A DNA stretch of 64,000 bases from a virus (lineage: Duplodnaviria; Caudoviricetes). A program made the translations under genes and the position numbers. The notes under the pieces were generated by a model. It did not search any database. It saw only the letters and a program-made list of their open reading frames with translations, and was not told the DNA's origin. The stretch is taken from the IMG/VR virus record IMGVR_UViG_3300015262_000004, positions 560 through 64,559 of that record; one strand, 5' to 3'. How positions within the stretch are numbered: the stretch's first letter is position 1; each line of letters begins with the position of its first letter. Below are positions 16,807-26,338 of this stretch, piece by piece.

Positions 16807-17678
16807 TGGCAAACCGACTGCCGCTGATTCGCACCGGGGGCAAGACCCGGCAGCTGCAGGTGGGCGACAACCTGCAGCTGCCAGGGGCGCTGAACGACCC
16901 GACCATGGTCGTGGTAACGGCGAGCAACGGCATGGACCTGATGAACCGGGGGTCGACAACCCTGCGGCTCGACAGGACGTCGTTTACGCAGATCGACAAC
17001 TTTGGCACGGGCACCGCCGGCACCCGCCGGACGCTGTTCTTCAACACCGGGTTGATCGCGCTGATGTCGAACGCGAACACGAAACTGCCGGGGAACGTGC
17101 AGATCAGCCCGGAAGTCGGCGACGTCGGAGAGTTCCTGTGCGAGGGCGGCATTGTGTGGCGCTGCCTGTGGTACCACCGCGCCGGGTACCTGACCACCGA
17201 GAAACTGCCCTTGGCCGGCGGCCGGATGACCGGCGCGATCGAGTACGCCGGGTACCTGTCGATCACTGCGGCTACCGGAATGAACATCGGCGCGGTCAAC
17301 TCCAACACCGTGCGGGTCGACAGCGCCGGTGCGGTCACGGTCAACAGCTTCGGTAGCGGTACCAACGGCACCCGGCGGATTCTGTTCTTCAACACCGCGT
17401 TGGTCACCCTGGTCCATAACAGTTCGTTAACGATCCTGCCTGGTAACGCGAACATCGTTGCGGGTCTGGGTGACCATGCGGAATTTGCGTGTGAAGGCGG
17501 CAGCACTTGGCGGTGCATGTGGTACCAGCGCCGTAACGGCAGAGCCTTGGTCGAATCGGCGGCTGCGATCAGCACTGACGCAGACAACCGATTGATCGCC
17601 GGTACCGACGGAAAACTGTTCGTGTCCGACACGTTGAACCCCGACCCCCTCATGTACTACATCCTTGCTCGGAGCTGA
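16806..17678 (+). CDS. tail fibre protein 1
   Basis: Two copies of the LPGN...GD..EF.CEGG..WRC.WY module; KLPLAGGRMTG fibre motif. Confidence 0.75.
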   Translation: MANRLPLIRTGGKTRQLQVGDNLQLPGALNDPTMVVVTASNGMDLMNRGSTTLRLDRTSFTQIDNFGTGTAGTRRTLFFNTGLIALMSNANTKLPGNVQISPEVGDVGEFLCEGGIVWRCLWYHRAGYLTTEKLPLAGGRMTGAIEYAGYLSITAATGMNIGAVNSNTVRVDSAGAVTVNSFGSGTNGTRRILFFNTALVTLVHNSSLTILPGNANIVAGLGDHAEFACEGGSTWRCMWYQRRNGRALVESAAAISTDADNRLIAGTDGKLFVSDTLNPDPLMYYILARS

Positions 17679-17680
17679 AA

Positions 17681-18967
17681 ATGACTATCGAAGCCAAACT
17701 GATTTCACTCGCACAAGCAGTCGGCGCCGATGTCAAAGCGCTGAAATTGGCCGACGGTGACCTCACGTCCCTGTCGACCACCGCCAAGGACAACCTGGTC
17801 GCGGCCCTCAACGAGGTGTTCGACCTGGTCGCAGCCGGTGGCGAAGACCCGACCAAACTCCCGCTGGAAGGCGGCAACATGACGGGGCCGATCAACGATG
17901 CCCCGGCGGTTGATTTGAACTTCACATCGAACAAGGATATTGGGGCGGCGGATTCCAATTACGTCACCGCCACTACGTCCACAACGACCACGATCGCGAC
18001 GTTCCCGGCGAGCGTGACCGGCGCGGTGCGCTACGTTGATTTCCAGACCCCCGAGCTGACGCTGCAGCACAACTCACGGCTCCTCCTGCCAGGCTCGGCG
18101 AACATCCTCACGACCGTTGGTGATAAAGCGAAGTTCCGGTGCGCAGGTGGGGACTTCTGGGTGTGCGATTGGTACCGCCGCGCGAACGGCCAGGCCGTGG
18201 TCGCTTCACCGGACGCGACGAAACTGCCGCTGGCCGGCGGGCGAATGACCGGTCCGATTGAGTACGTCGGGTACGGTGCGATCAACGCAGCCGACAACCT
18301 GAATCTCGCATCGGTCAACGCCAATACCGTGCGGATCGACAACCCTGGCAACGGCGCGATCACGATCAACAACATTGCCTCGGGCACCAGTGGCACCCGC
18401 CGGATTGTGTTCTTCAACGGTGCGGGCGTCACCCTGGTCCATAACAGTGGGCTCACGATCCTACCCGGGAACGCGAACATCGTGGCGGCCCCCGGCGACC
18501 ATGCGGAATTTGCGTGTGAAGGCGGCGCGACCTGGCGCTGCATGTGGTACATGCGCCGAGATGGTACGGCCTTGGTTTCCAGTGGCGGCGGCGCGGCGAT
18601 CGATGACACCGCCGGCACCGGCGACACCGATGTCACCTGGTCAGCCGACAAGAGCGTGACGTTTATCACCGACGCGGTGGCCACGCTCGAAGCCAGTTTG
18701 ATGGGCGGCGCGGGTTCGGCTTACGACACGTTCAAAGAGCTGCAGGATTTGATCATCGCCGATCAGTCCGGCCTGGCAGCGCTCGCTGCAGACATTGCCA
18801 ACCGCGTGCGTTTTGACGCGGCGCAAACCCTCGACACCACGCAGAAAACTCAAGCCCGTACGAATATCGGCGCGGTGTCTCAGGCCGATGTTGACGCAAC
18901 GATTGTCGCCACCGTCGGCGACGTAGCCCACGATTTTGTTGCCGACTATGTCGCGGCCAAGGCGTAA
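17681..18967 (+). CDS. tail fibre protein 2
   Basis: Same module twice; KLPLxGGxMTG twice; coiled-coil ends. Confidence 0.78.
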   Translation: MTIEAKLISLAQAVGADVKALKLADGDLTSLSTTAKDNLVAALNEVFDLVAAGGEDPTKLPLEGGNMTGPINDAPAVDLNFTSNKDIGAADSNYVTATTSTTTTIATFPASVTGAVRYVDFQTPELTLQHNSRLLLPGSANILTTVGDKAKFRCAGGDFWVCDWYRRANGQAVVASPDATKLPLAGGRMTGPIEYVGYGAINAADNLNLASVNANTVRIDNPGNGAITINNIASGTSGTRRIVFFNGAGVTLVHNSGLTILPGNANIVAAPGDHAEFACEGGATWRCMWYMRRDGTALVSSGGGAAIDDTAGTGDTDVTWSADKSVTFITDAVATLEASLMGGAGSAYDTFKELQDLIIADQSGLAALAADIANRVRFDAAQTLDTTQKTQARTNIGAVSQADVDATIVATVGDVAHDFVADYVAAKA

Positions 18968-18970
18968 ATC

Positions 18971-20116
18971 ATGCCCACTCAAACGGAAGAAATCATTGCG
19001 TTAGCCCAGAGCATTGCGGCCGACATCAAGCTGTTGGCGAACAGCAAAGTCGACCAGGTCGAGGGCAAAGAGTTGTCGACCGAGGACTACACCACCGCCG
19101 AGAAAACCAAACTCGGCGGCCTGGCCAACTTCGACCCGGCAACGCTGGATAGCCAGTTCGCCGCCAAGCAAGACAAGGTGACGGGCAAAGGGCTGTCGAC
19201 CGAGGACTACACGACGCCCGAGAAAACGAAGTTGGCAGGGCTGGTCCCGTCGGATTTCCCCACCTTGGCAATCGCCGCGACGATGGATATCGGCGCGATC
19301 AACTCGCGGACAATCAGCGTTACTGCCTTTGGCGGCGGCGTGGCCATCACGTCGTTGGGCACCGCCCCGGCGGGGGTTACCAGAACCCTGGTGTTCACTG
19401 CCCTCGGCGCCGGCGCAAAATCGATGACACACAACGCCACGTCGCTGATTTTGCCGGGCGCGATAAACCTGACTTTGACGGTGGGCACCGTGGTCGAAGT
19501 GGTGTCGCTCGGCGGTGGTAACTGGCGCGCAACGAGCGTCACCAAGTCCAACGGTCAAGCCGTGGCCGCTACCCCCTTCGCAGGGGGCACGCTGACGGCG
19601 GCATTGAACGAAGCGCCGATGCAGAACATCACGGCCGCCGAAACCATGAATATTGCCGCGACCACTGCGAACACCTGGATTATCAACGCCGGCACCGAAG
19701 GCACAGAGATCGTCAACCTCGGGACCATAGCGGCGGGCGCTAGACGAACCGTAGTCAACCTAGCCAGCCAGATGGTGTTTAAAAACACGAACCTGGCGCT
19801 ACCGAACGGCTTAGACCTGGTTTTCCCTTATGGCGACGTTGTCGAGTTTTTGAGCCAGGGCAACGGCGCTTGGATGTGCGTGGGGTATCTGGCCGCCAGT
19901 GGAATGCTACGGGCCGGGGCGATTCAGGTCAGTCAGTCCGGCGTGCTTGGCGGCCTGGTGGATATTGGCCCCGGGTCCAGCGGGTCCGGCTCGGCGCCGA
20001 TAAAACTACATGCCGGGACTGTCATGGCGACCCCGGAAACCGGCGCCTTTGAGTTCGACGGGAGCGACCTGTTTTTCACCATAGCCGGCCAACGCAAGAA
20101 ATTCACCCTCACGTAA
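18971..20116 (+). CDS. tail fibre protein 3
   Basis: GKxLSTEDYTTxEKTKL twice plus two divergent copies of the module. Confidence 0.78.
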   Translation: MPTQTEEIIALAQSIAADIKLLANSKVDQVEGKELSTEDYTTAEKTKLGGLANFDPATLDSQFAAKQDKVTGKGLSTEDYTTPEKTKLAGLVPSDFPTLAIAATMDIGAINSRTISVTAFGGGVAITSLGTAPAGVTRTLVFTALGAGAKSMTHNATSLILPGAINLTLTVGTVVEVVSLGGGNWRATSVTKSNGQAVAATPFAGGTLTAALNEAPMQNITAAETMNIAATTANTWIINAGTEGTEIVNLGTIAAGARRTVVNLASQMVFKNTNLALPNGLDLVFPYGDVVEFLSQGNGAWMCVGYLAASGMLRAGAIQVSQSGVLGGLVDIGPGSSGSGSAPIKLHAGTVMATPETGAFEFDGSDLFFTIAGQRKKFTLT

Positions 20117-20133
20117 CAAGGGCAAAGCCTGGG

Positions 20134-20150
20134 ATCCCTACTGTAGGGAT
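20134..20150. repeat. 17-bp palindrome copy 11
   Basis: ATCCCTACTGTAGGGAT (compensated outer pair) just after the fibre 3 stop. Confidence 0.9.
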
Positions 20151-20744
20151 TCCGTGGCTTCACCCACTCCCCGGGGTAAGGAGGTATGTGTGCCCGAGGG
20201 GCGGGGCTGGAAAAGGAGGAAGCCAAACAACGGCTTCGCTGAATGGCCTTGTCCTACGCTACGCTACGGAACGGCCGGGATAATGTTTTCGCCTAACGGC
20301 TCAGCCCTTTAGGCAGTCCCTACGGGCCTGCAAAACAATAAGGTTGCGCTTGACAGCGCGCTTGTTTTAGAGCCTTTCCGGCATAGCCGGCCCCGGTAAA
20401 TCGGCCTAAAAAAATAGGCAAATTCACCCGACATTTCCTGCAGCGAGAAAGCACCTGTCTCAGCCTTTCCGCCCAACGCCATTCAACACTTTGCGGGGTT
20501 GGTTACATCGGCGCCCCGGCCCTCCTGGTGTGTTGCGATGGTGGGTTTTGAGACAGTTGCGGTGCCCGTGGTTGGGTTTTAGCTCCGCCCTGCCATTGCC
20601 TTCTCGACCCTCATAGAGGGTTCGCACCTATCGGCCTTGCCAGTCGCCCTGGGAGACCCCCTTGATGGACGACTAATACGTTCCCGCGCCCAAAGCATCT
20701 TGATTCCAAGCGTCGGAAAGAGGTATCGGGAGAGAGAAGGAAGC

Positions 20745-20773
20745 TAGACAAACGACACGAATGCCGCCAGAAT
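20745..20773 (+). promoter_or_regulatory. promoter of the small antisense RNA
   Basis: TAGACA-17-CAGAAT. Confidence 0.65.
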
Positions 20774-20779
20774 TGGCTT

Positions 20780-20892
20780 ACCTGGTCTCGATCCCTGCCC
20801 GCTAAAGCTGAGATTTCCCGAGACCTAGGCTAGAGCGCTTGCCGGCGCCGCTAGCCCGAATGGAACCCCGCCAAGTGCGGGGTTTCTTCGTT
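20780..20892 (+). ncRNA. ~110-nt three-stem-loop RNA (RNA I-like)
   Basis: Stems GGTCTCG/CGAGACC, GGCTAG/CTAGCC, GGAACCCCGC/GCGGGGTTTC plus T-rich tail, just after a promoter. Confidence 0.65.
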
Positions 20893-21028
20893 CTGGGGCA
20901 TCCAAAATGCCACCAGCACGATTTGCAAAAACTTGAATAAAATCTAGCACCTACATCGCATTGGTGCCCCGACAAGATAAGCCGTTTGTCCGACGATCGC
21001 AAATGGATTTTGTGCGGTGGTCAACAAG

Positions 21029-21058
21029 TTGACGGCAAGTTGTTGGCTTAGTTATTGT
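21029..21058 (+). promoter_or_regulatory. possible promoter of the packaging operon
   Basis: TTGACG-18-TATTGT. Confidence 0.5.
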
Positions 21059-21130
21059 CCACTCCGTACACCCATGTGCACTTGCTGTCCACTTGCACAC
21101 AAGCTACCCTCTGCCCAAAGCGAGGTAGCT

Positions 21131-21583
21131 ATGGGCACAGACCTGAATCTTCTATCCCCGGCAGGGCCAGAGCTGCGTCCCGAGTGGTCGATGCGGCTGG
21201 TGATCGACGTTGTGTTGGGTGCCAGTAACGAATCGATCCTGCAATGCCACGACCTGCAGCACCACCAATTCGACCAGATTTGCAAGAATCCGGTGTTCAT
21301 GTCCGCTTGCGACAACATGCGCAAAAGCCTGGACAAGGAAGGCGCGACCTTCCGCCTCAAAGCCCAGCTGCAGGCTGACCATTACCTAACCCGCGTGCAT
21401 GAGATGATCATGGATCCCGAGATGGATCCGCGTGTTACGGCCAAGTTGATCGGCGACGTGGTGCGTTGGGGCGGGCTGGACACGCCACCCCCAGTGGCCG
21501 GCGGCGGGATGGGTTCGTTCTCTATCTCGATCAACTTCCCCGAGAAGGTCCGCCACGGCGTGACCATCGAGGGCGGCCAATGA
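21131..21583 (+). CDS. probable terminase small subunit
   Basis: 150 aa, GAGG RBS, ATGA-coupled to the large subunit. Confidence 0.65.
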   Translation: MGTDLNLLSPAGPELRPEWSMRLVIDVVLGASNESILQCHDLQHHQFDQICKNPVFMSACDNMRKSLDKEGATFRLKAQLQADHYLTRVHEMIMDPEMDPRVTAKLIGDVVRWGGLDTPPPVAGGGMGSFSISINFPEKVRHGVTIEGGQ

Positions 21584-22992
21584 CCGCCTACAACCCGAGC
21601 GTCACGGTGGCGGACTTTATCCTGGACGATCGGGAGTGGACGTACATCGTCGGCCCCGTGGGTTCGGGTAAGTCGGTCGGCATCCTGATGAAAATCCTGC
21701 ACCGCGCCAAGCTGCAGGCGCCGTCGCCGATCGATGGGATCCGGCACACCCGGTGGGTGATCGTGCGGAACACCATGGTGCAGCTCAAAGACACTACCCT
21801 CAAGTCCTGGTTTAGCTGGTTTCCCGACGGCGTTGCCGGCAAGTGGGTGTCCGGTACCAGCACGTTCTGGATGCGCTTCGATGACATTGAGGTCGAGGTG
21901 ATGTTTCGTCCCCTCGATACCCCGGACGACGTGCGCCGAGTGCTGTCCCTGGAAGTGACCGGGGCGATCGTTGACGAATTTGTCGAGATCCCCAAAGAGA
22001 TCGTCGAAGCCCTGTCCGGCCGGTGCGGCCGCTACCCGTCGAAGAAAGACGGCGGCGCCACCTGGTGGGGAATGTGGGGTGCGACCAACCCGGGCAACGA
22101 GGACAACTGGTGGTACGACTGGCTATACAGCGACTGGGAGGATGACCCGGACGGCGCGTTGAAGCGGATGAAACTGGGGTACTACGAACAGCCCAGCGGT
22201 TTCAGTCAGCACGCGGACAACCTGGAGAACCTGCCAGGCGGGAGCAACTACTACCACAACTTGGCCATCGGCCGATCGGACGCCTGGTGCAAACAGTTCA
22301 TCGAAGTGCGCTGGGGTTACAGCCTCAAAGGCAAGCCGGTGTATCGCGCGTTCGTCCCGGATCTGCACGTTGCCAAGCGCCCTATTCCGTACAACCCACA
22401 CCTGCCGTTGTTGGTCGGCTTCGACGCCGGCCTCACCCCGTCCGCGATCTTTGGCCAGCTCTGGCCCGATGGCCGCTTGTGCATCCTGGCCGAACTGACC
22501 ACGGAGAACATGGGCGCGGTGCGGTTTTGTCGTGAAAAATTCAAGCCCCTGGTGGCGATGAGATTTCCCAAACCGCTGCTGCAGTTCGCCGGTGACCCGG
22601 CGATCGTCCAGCGTGCCCAGACCGATGAACGATCGGTGAAAGAGGCCCTGGAAAAAGAGCTGGGCATTCGGGTCTATCCGGCTTCCAGCAACACGTTGTC
22701 CGATCGCCTCGGCGCGGTCGAGCACTTCATGTGCATGTTGACCGAGCACGGGCCGGCACTGCTGATCGACCCGTCGTGCGTCCAGCTCATCCGTGGGTTC
22801 AAGTCGGGTTACCGCTATGCGGTGAGCAACAAGGGCCTGGCCGCCGAGTCGCCAGAAAAGAACGCATTCAGTCACCCGCACGACGCCATGCAGTACCTGG
22901 CCATGGAAGCAAAGGGTGGGCAGATCCGTGACGCCCGACGCAGGACCAGTGCATCTGTCCGGTTCGGCCCTTCCACTAACGCATATTCCTAG
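21580..22992 (+). CDS. terL: terminase large subunit
   Basis: GPVGSGKS, VIVRNT, AIVDE, ATNP, GFDAG, SHPHDAMQY. Confidence 0.92.
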   Translation: MTAYNPSVTVADFILDDREWTYIVGPVGSGKSVGILMKILHRAKLQAPSPIDGIRHTRWVIVRNTMVQLKDTTLKSWFSWFPDGVAGKWVSGTSTFWMRFDDIEVEVMFRPLDTPDDVRRVLSLEVTGAIVDEFVEIPKEIVEALSGRCGRYPSKKDGGATWWGMWGATNPGNEDNWWYDWLYSDWEDDPDGALKRMKLGYYEQPSGFSQHADNLENLPGGSNYYHNLAIGRSDAWCKQFIEVRWGYSLKGKPVYRAFVPDLHVAKRPIPYNPHLPLLVGFDAGLTPSAIFGQLWPDGRLCILAELTTENMGAVRFCREKFKPLVAMRFPKPLLQFAGDPAIVQRAQTDERSVKEALEKELGIRVYPASSNTLSDRLGAVEHFMCMLTEHGPALLIDPSCVQLIRGFKSGYRYAVSNKGLAAESPEKNAFSHPHDAMQYLAMEAKGGQIRDARRRTSASVRFGPSTNAYS

Positions 22993-22999
22993 GTGACCC

Positions 23000-25132
23000 A
23001 TGGTTGACGAATTTGACACGCCGGTCGAAGAGGCCCGCGACATCAACACCACCGAGGGCAAGCGCAAGCTCGGCCGCCACCTGCAGAACAAATTCACCCA
23101 GTACAAGACAGATCGCCAGTCGATCGAGCAGCAGTGGCTGACCAACCTGATGCAGTACCTGGGCAAATACGACGCTGAGTTTGAACAACGCATGGTGGCG
23201 AACACCAGCCGCGCGTATCCGAAGCTGACCCGCGTCAAGTGCGTCAGCGTGGAAGCGCGGCTGATGTCCCTGACGTTCCCGGCCAGCGAAAAGAACTGGT
23301 CGATCGAGGCGTCACCGGTGCCGAGCCTTAGCGCGGACACCCTGACCAGGGCGCTGCAGAACTGGTACGAAGCCAACCAGGGGCAGCAACCGACACAGGT
23401 ACAGCTCGATGGGATGGTGCAGGACGTTGCCACCGGCGTGGCTGACCTGCTGGCGGTCACGATCGATGACCAGCTCAAAGACGTCGACCCGTACGCCAGC
23501 CGCGACTATGAGGCGTTGGTGAAAAAGGTGGTCGGCTCGGCCGTGAAGTACGGCCCCGGGGTGGTTAAGGGTCCAATGGCGGTACAGCAGGACGTGGCCA
23601 GCTTCGAGCTGGACGCCAACGGCGTGCCCACCGTGGTGGAAACCGAGGCGTTCCGCCCGTACCTGGAGTTCGTTCCGTGTTGGCAGTACTACCCCGACCT
23701 CAGCGCGTCGTCGTTCGCGCAGATGGAAGGCGAGTTTCAGCGTCATGTGTTCTCGAAGCACCAATTCAGCCTGATGGCTGAACGGCCAGACTTCGACGGT
23801 GACGCGATCCGCTCATTCATGGCGGGCAACCGCGACGGCAATTACACCGAGCTGGGTTATGAGGGCACGTTGCGCAACCTGGGCACCAACGGGGCCAGCG
23901 CCGTACCGAAGGGCAGCAAGTTCGAGGTGTTGGAGTACTGGGGTTCCGGTTCGGCCAAGCACCTACGCGAGGCCGGGGCAGACATCCCCGCTGACGCCAA
24001 AGACAACAGGCAGTTCCGGTACAACGCGTGGGTGGTGGGTGAGTTCGTTATCAAGATAGCCCTCAATCCGTTGCCAGAAGGCACCAACATTTTCCACAAG
24101 TTCGTGTTCGAGGAAGACGAGATCAGCCTGGTGGGCTCGGGCTTGCCGCCGATCATGCGCGACAGCCAGCTGGGGGTGTCGAACTTCACCCGGATGCTGG
24201 TCGACAACGCGGCCACGGTCTGCGGTCCGAGCGTCGAGGTGGATACCTCGATCATCGACCCGAACCAGACCGACCTGGGTATCAAGGCGTTCCAGGTGTG
24301 GCGCCGCGACGGTGGTACTGCTGGCCAGCGTGCGGTGATGCCGATCACCTTCGACTCCCACATTAGCGAGCTGCTGCAGGGCATCAACACGTTCATGGGC
24401 TTTGCGGACAAAGAGACGTTCGTGAGCCCGGCCGCCGGTGGTGACGTCGAGGGTGTATCGGGTGAGGCCCTGCGTACCAGCAGTGGCGCCTCGATGATCT
24501 ACGGCAACGCCGCCCTGCCCTTCAAAGACATTGTGCGCAACTTCGACCAGTTCACCGTGAGCGTGATCCACGCCCTGGTGGAGTGGAACCGCATTTTCAG
24601 CCCCGACCGCGACCGCCTGATGGGTGACGTGCGCCCGATCGCGCGTGGGGCGACCAGCCTCATGGCTAAAGAAATGCGCTCCTATGCCCTGGACAACCTG
24701 GCGCAGACCCTCACCGAGGAGGAACGCCAGTGGATCAAACCGAAAGCGCTGCTGGTCGAGCGGTTGAAGGTCCGCGACCTCCCGGTCAAAGAGCTGCTGG
24801 AAGACGACGCAGTGGTGGAGCAACGCCAGGCGCAGCAGTCGCAGCAGATGCAGGACCAGATGCGTCAGCAGATGCAGATGTTCATGGCACAGCTGGAGAA
24901 CCTGCAGGCCGACACCATGAAAGCCCTGACCCAAGGGCAGAAGAACTTGGACAACGCGGATGTCGTTGTTTTCAAAGCACTTTTGGAGGCGCTAAAGAAT
25001 GGATCAAGCCCCGAGCAAATCGCAGCAATTGCAGGCCGACTTACAGCGGGCCGCCAAAGCGGCCAACGACAGCCCGCTGGCCAAGACCCTGCAGCGGTAC
25101 CTGGAGGAAACACGCCAATCAGTATTCAGTGA
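23000..25132 (+). CDS. portal protein
   Basis: 710 aa directly after terL, with a Q-rich C-terminal helical extension typical of podovirus portals. Confidence 0.85.
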   Translation: MVDEFDTPVEEARDINTTEGKRKLGRHLQNKFTQYKTDRQSIEQQWLTNLMQYLGKYDAEFEQRMVANTSRAYPKLTRVKCVSVEARLMSLTFPASEKNWSIEASPVPSLSADTLTRALQNWYEANQGQQPTQVQLDGMVQDVATGVADLLAVTIDDQLKDVDPYASRDYEALVKKVVGSAVKYGPGVVKGPMAVQQDVASFELDANGVPTVVETEAFRPYLEFVPCWQYYPDLSASSFAQMEGEFQRHVFSKHQFSLMAERPDFDGDAIRSFMAGNRDGNYTELGYEGTLRNLGTNGASAVPKGSKFEVLEYWGSGSAKHLREAGADIPADAKDNRQFRYNAWVVGEFVIKIALNPLPEGTNIFHKFVFEEDEISLVGSGLPPIMRDSQLGVSNFTRMLVDNAATVCGPSVEVDTSIIDPNQTDLGIKAFQVWRRDGGTAGQRAVMPITFDSHISELLQGINTFMGFADKETFVSPAAGGDVEGVSGEALRTSSGASMIYGNAALPFKDIVRNFDQFTVSVIHALVEWNRIFSPDRDRLMGDVRPIARGATSLMAKEMRSYALDNLAQTLTEEERQWIKPKALLVERLKVRDLPVKELLEDDAVVEQRQAQQSQQMQDQMRQQMQMFMAQLENLQADTMKALTQGQKNLDNADVVVFKALLEALKNGSSPEQIAAIAGRLTAGRQSGQRQPAGQDPAAVPGGNTPISIQ

Positions 25133-25220
25133 CCTGGCCAAGGTAGCGGACATGAGGGAAATCTACATGCTCCAAGGCCGGCTTGAACAAATTCGTCTAC
25201 TTGAGCGTCTACTTTGCTGA
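24999..25220 (+). CDS. small protein overlapping the portal 3' end
   Basis: GGAGG RBS; ends IYMLQGRLEQIRLL like small post-portal proteins. Confidence 0.6.
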   Translation: MDQAPSKSQQLQADLQRAAKAANDSPLAKTLQRYLEETRQSVFSDLAKVADMREIYMLQGRLEQIRLLERLLC

Positions 25221-25267
25221 CAGTAGTCTACCTTGACAACTAGGGTACACCGGAGTACATACCGACC

Positions 25268-26308
25268 ATGGACAATACTGACGATTTCGACAGCGCATTC
25301 GACGAGGCTGCGGCCGATTCAGCACCTGCCGCTGCACCTGCAGCCGTGGCCGAGGTGGATTCCGGCACGCCCGAAGGTGCACAAAAACCTGCGGAAAGTG
25401 TACAGAAAGATACCGCCGAGCCGTCTACTGACGTGTCCACTACGGCAGCCGATCCTGCACCTGCAGCTGACCCGGCGAAACCTGCGGTCGACCCGGCGAA
25501 ACCAGCAGCGGCTGCCAAGCCTGCAGCTGACCCGGCGAAACCAGCGGCTGACCCCGTGGTCGACCCTGTCGACACACCGGCTAAGCCGCTGCCAAAGCCT
25601 GTGGAGCACCCGCAACACCAGCCGCTTGATCCGAAGTACCTGGCTCAGGCCATTGCTGAGGCGCAGCGGTTGAACACCGAGGCGCAGCAGCCGCAGAAGC
25701 CTGCCGCGCCGGTGAAGAAAACACAGGCCGACTACCTGACTGCCGAGCAAAACGCGGCAATCGATCGGTTCAAGCAAGACTGGCCAGATGAGTACAGCGC
25801 GCTGATGCCGCTGTTCAATGCCCAGGTGCAATCGGAGTTGAGCAACTACCGCACTGACCTTACTGCGGAACTGAATCAGATTCTGGCGCCGTTGTTCCGA
25901 ACCGTTGGAACAGTGGAGGTGAACAGCCACCGCAACACGTTGCTGGCAGCCCACCCAGACATCGACAGCCTGGACACGGAGAAGGTGCGCGAGTGGATTG
26001 ACACTCAACCATCCATGTTCCGTCCCACCATGCTGGCGGCGTTTGAGAAGGGTACGACCAAAGACGTGGTTGAGTTGCTGAACATGTACAAACAGTCAAC
26101 CGGTGTAACGAGTGCAGCGCCAGCCACACCAGCCTCGTTGGCCCAGACAAAACCCACTGCTGTCCCCGCCGCGCCTAAGCAACCAGTTGATCCTGCCGCG
26201 AAAGCAGCACTGGCCGCCGTACCCGCAGCGCAAAGACAGCAACCCTCGGCACGACCTGGCGATGACGACTTTGATGCCGCCTTCGCCGAAGCCGTGGGGC
26301 AGGGATAA
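25268..26308 (+). CDS. scaffolding protein
   Basis: Acidic, Ala/Pro-rich ADPAKP repeats; DDFDxAF at both termini; precedes the capsid gene. Confidence 0.75.
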   Translation: MDNTDDFDSAFDEAAADSAPAAAPAAVAEVDSGTPEGAQKPAESVQKDTAEPSTDVSTTAADPAPAADPAKPAVDPAKPAAAAKPAADPAKPAADPVVDPVDTPAKPLPKPVEHPQHQPLDPKYLAQAIAEAQRLNTEAQQPQKPAAPVKKTQADYLTAEQNAAIDRFKQDWPDEYSALMPLFNAQVQSELSNYRTDLTAELNQILAPLFRTVGTVEVNSHRNTLLAAHPDIDSLDTEKVREWIDTQPSMFRPTMLAAFEKGTTKDVVELLNMYKQSTGVTSAAPATPASLAQTKPTAVPAAPKQPVDPAAKAALAAVPAAQRQQPSARPGDDDFDAAFAEAVGQG

Positions 26309-26338
26309 ATCTCGACCAACTGATCAAGGAGCAGGACC

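Larger units (their letters stand above)
20230..20915 (-). other. candidate ColE1-like RNA-primed replicon (RNA II-like primer ~20897 to ~20365)
   Basis: No credible ORF; motifs in ColE1 RNA II order and spacing (see findings); opposed small RNA at its 5' end. Confidence 0.55.

Noticed and set aside
17200-18550. DGR template and variable repeat pair in the fibre genes
   Set aside because: No reverse transcriptase is present, both copies are coding, and differences are not confined to adenines
20802-21002. 66-aa minus-strand ORF as a type I toxin
   Set aside because: TTG start, no RBS and no hydrophobic helix
25233-25261. TTGACA-17-TACATA promoter before the scaffold gene
   Set aside because: The start site would fall at the ATG and exclude the GGAG RBS; too ambiguous to list
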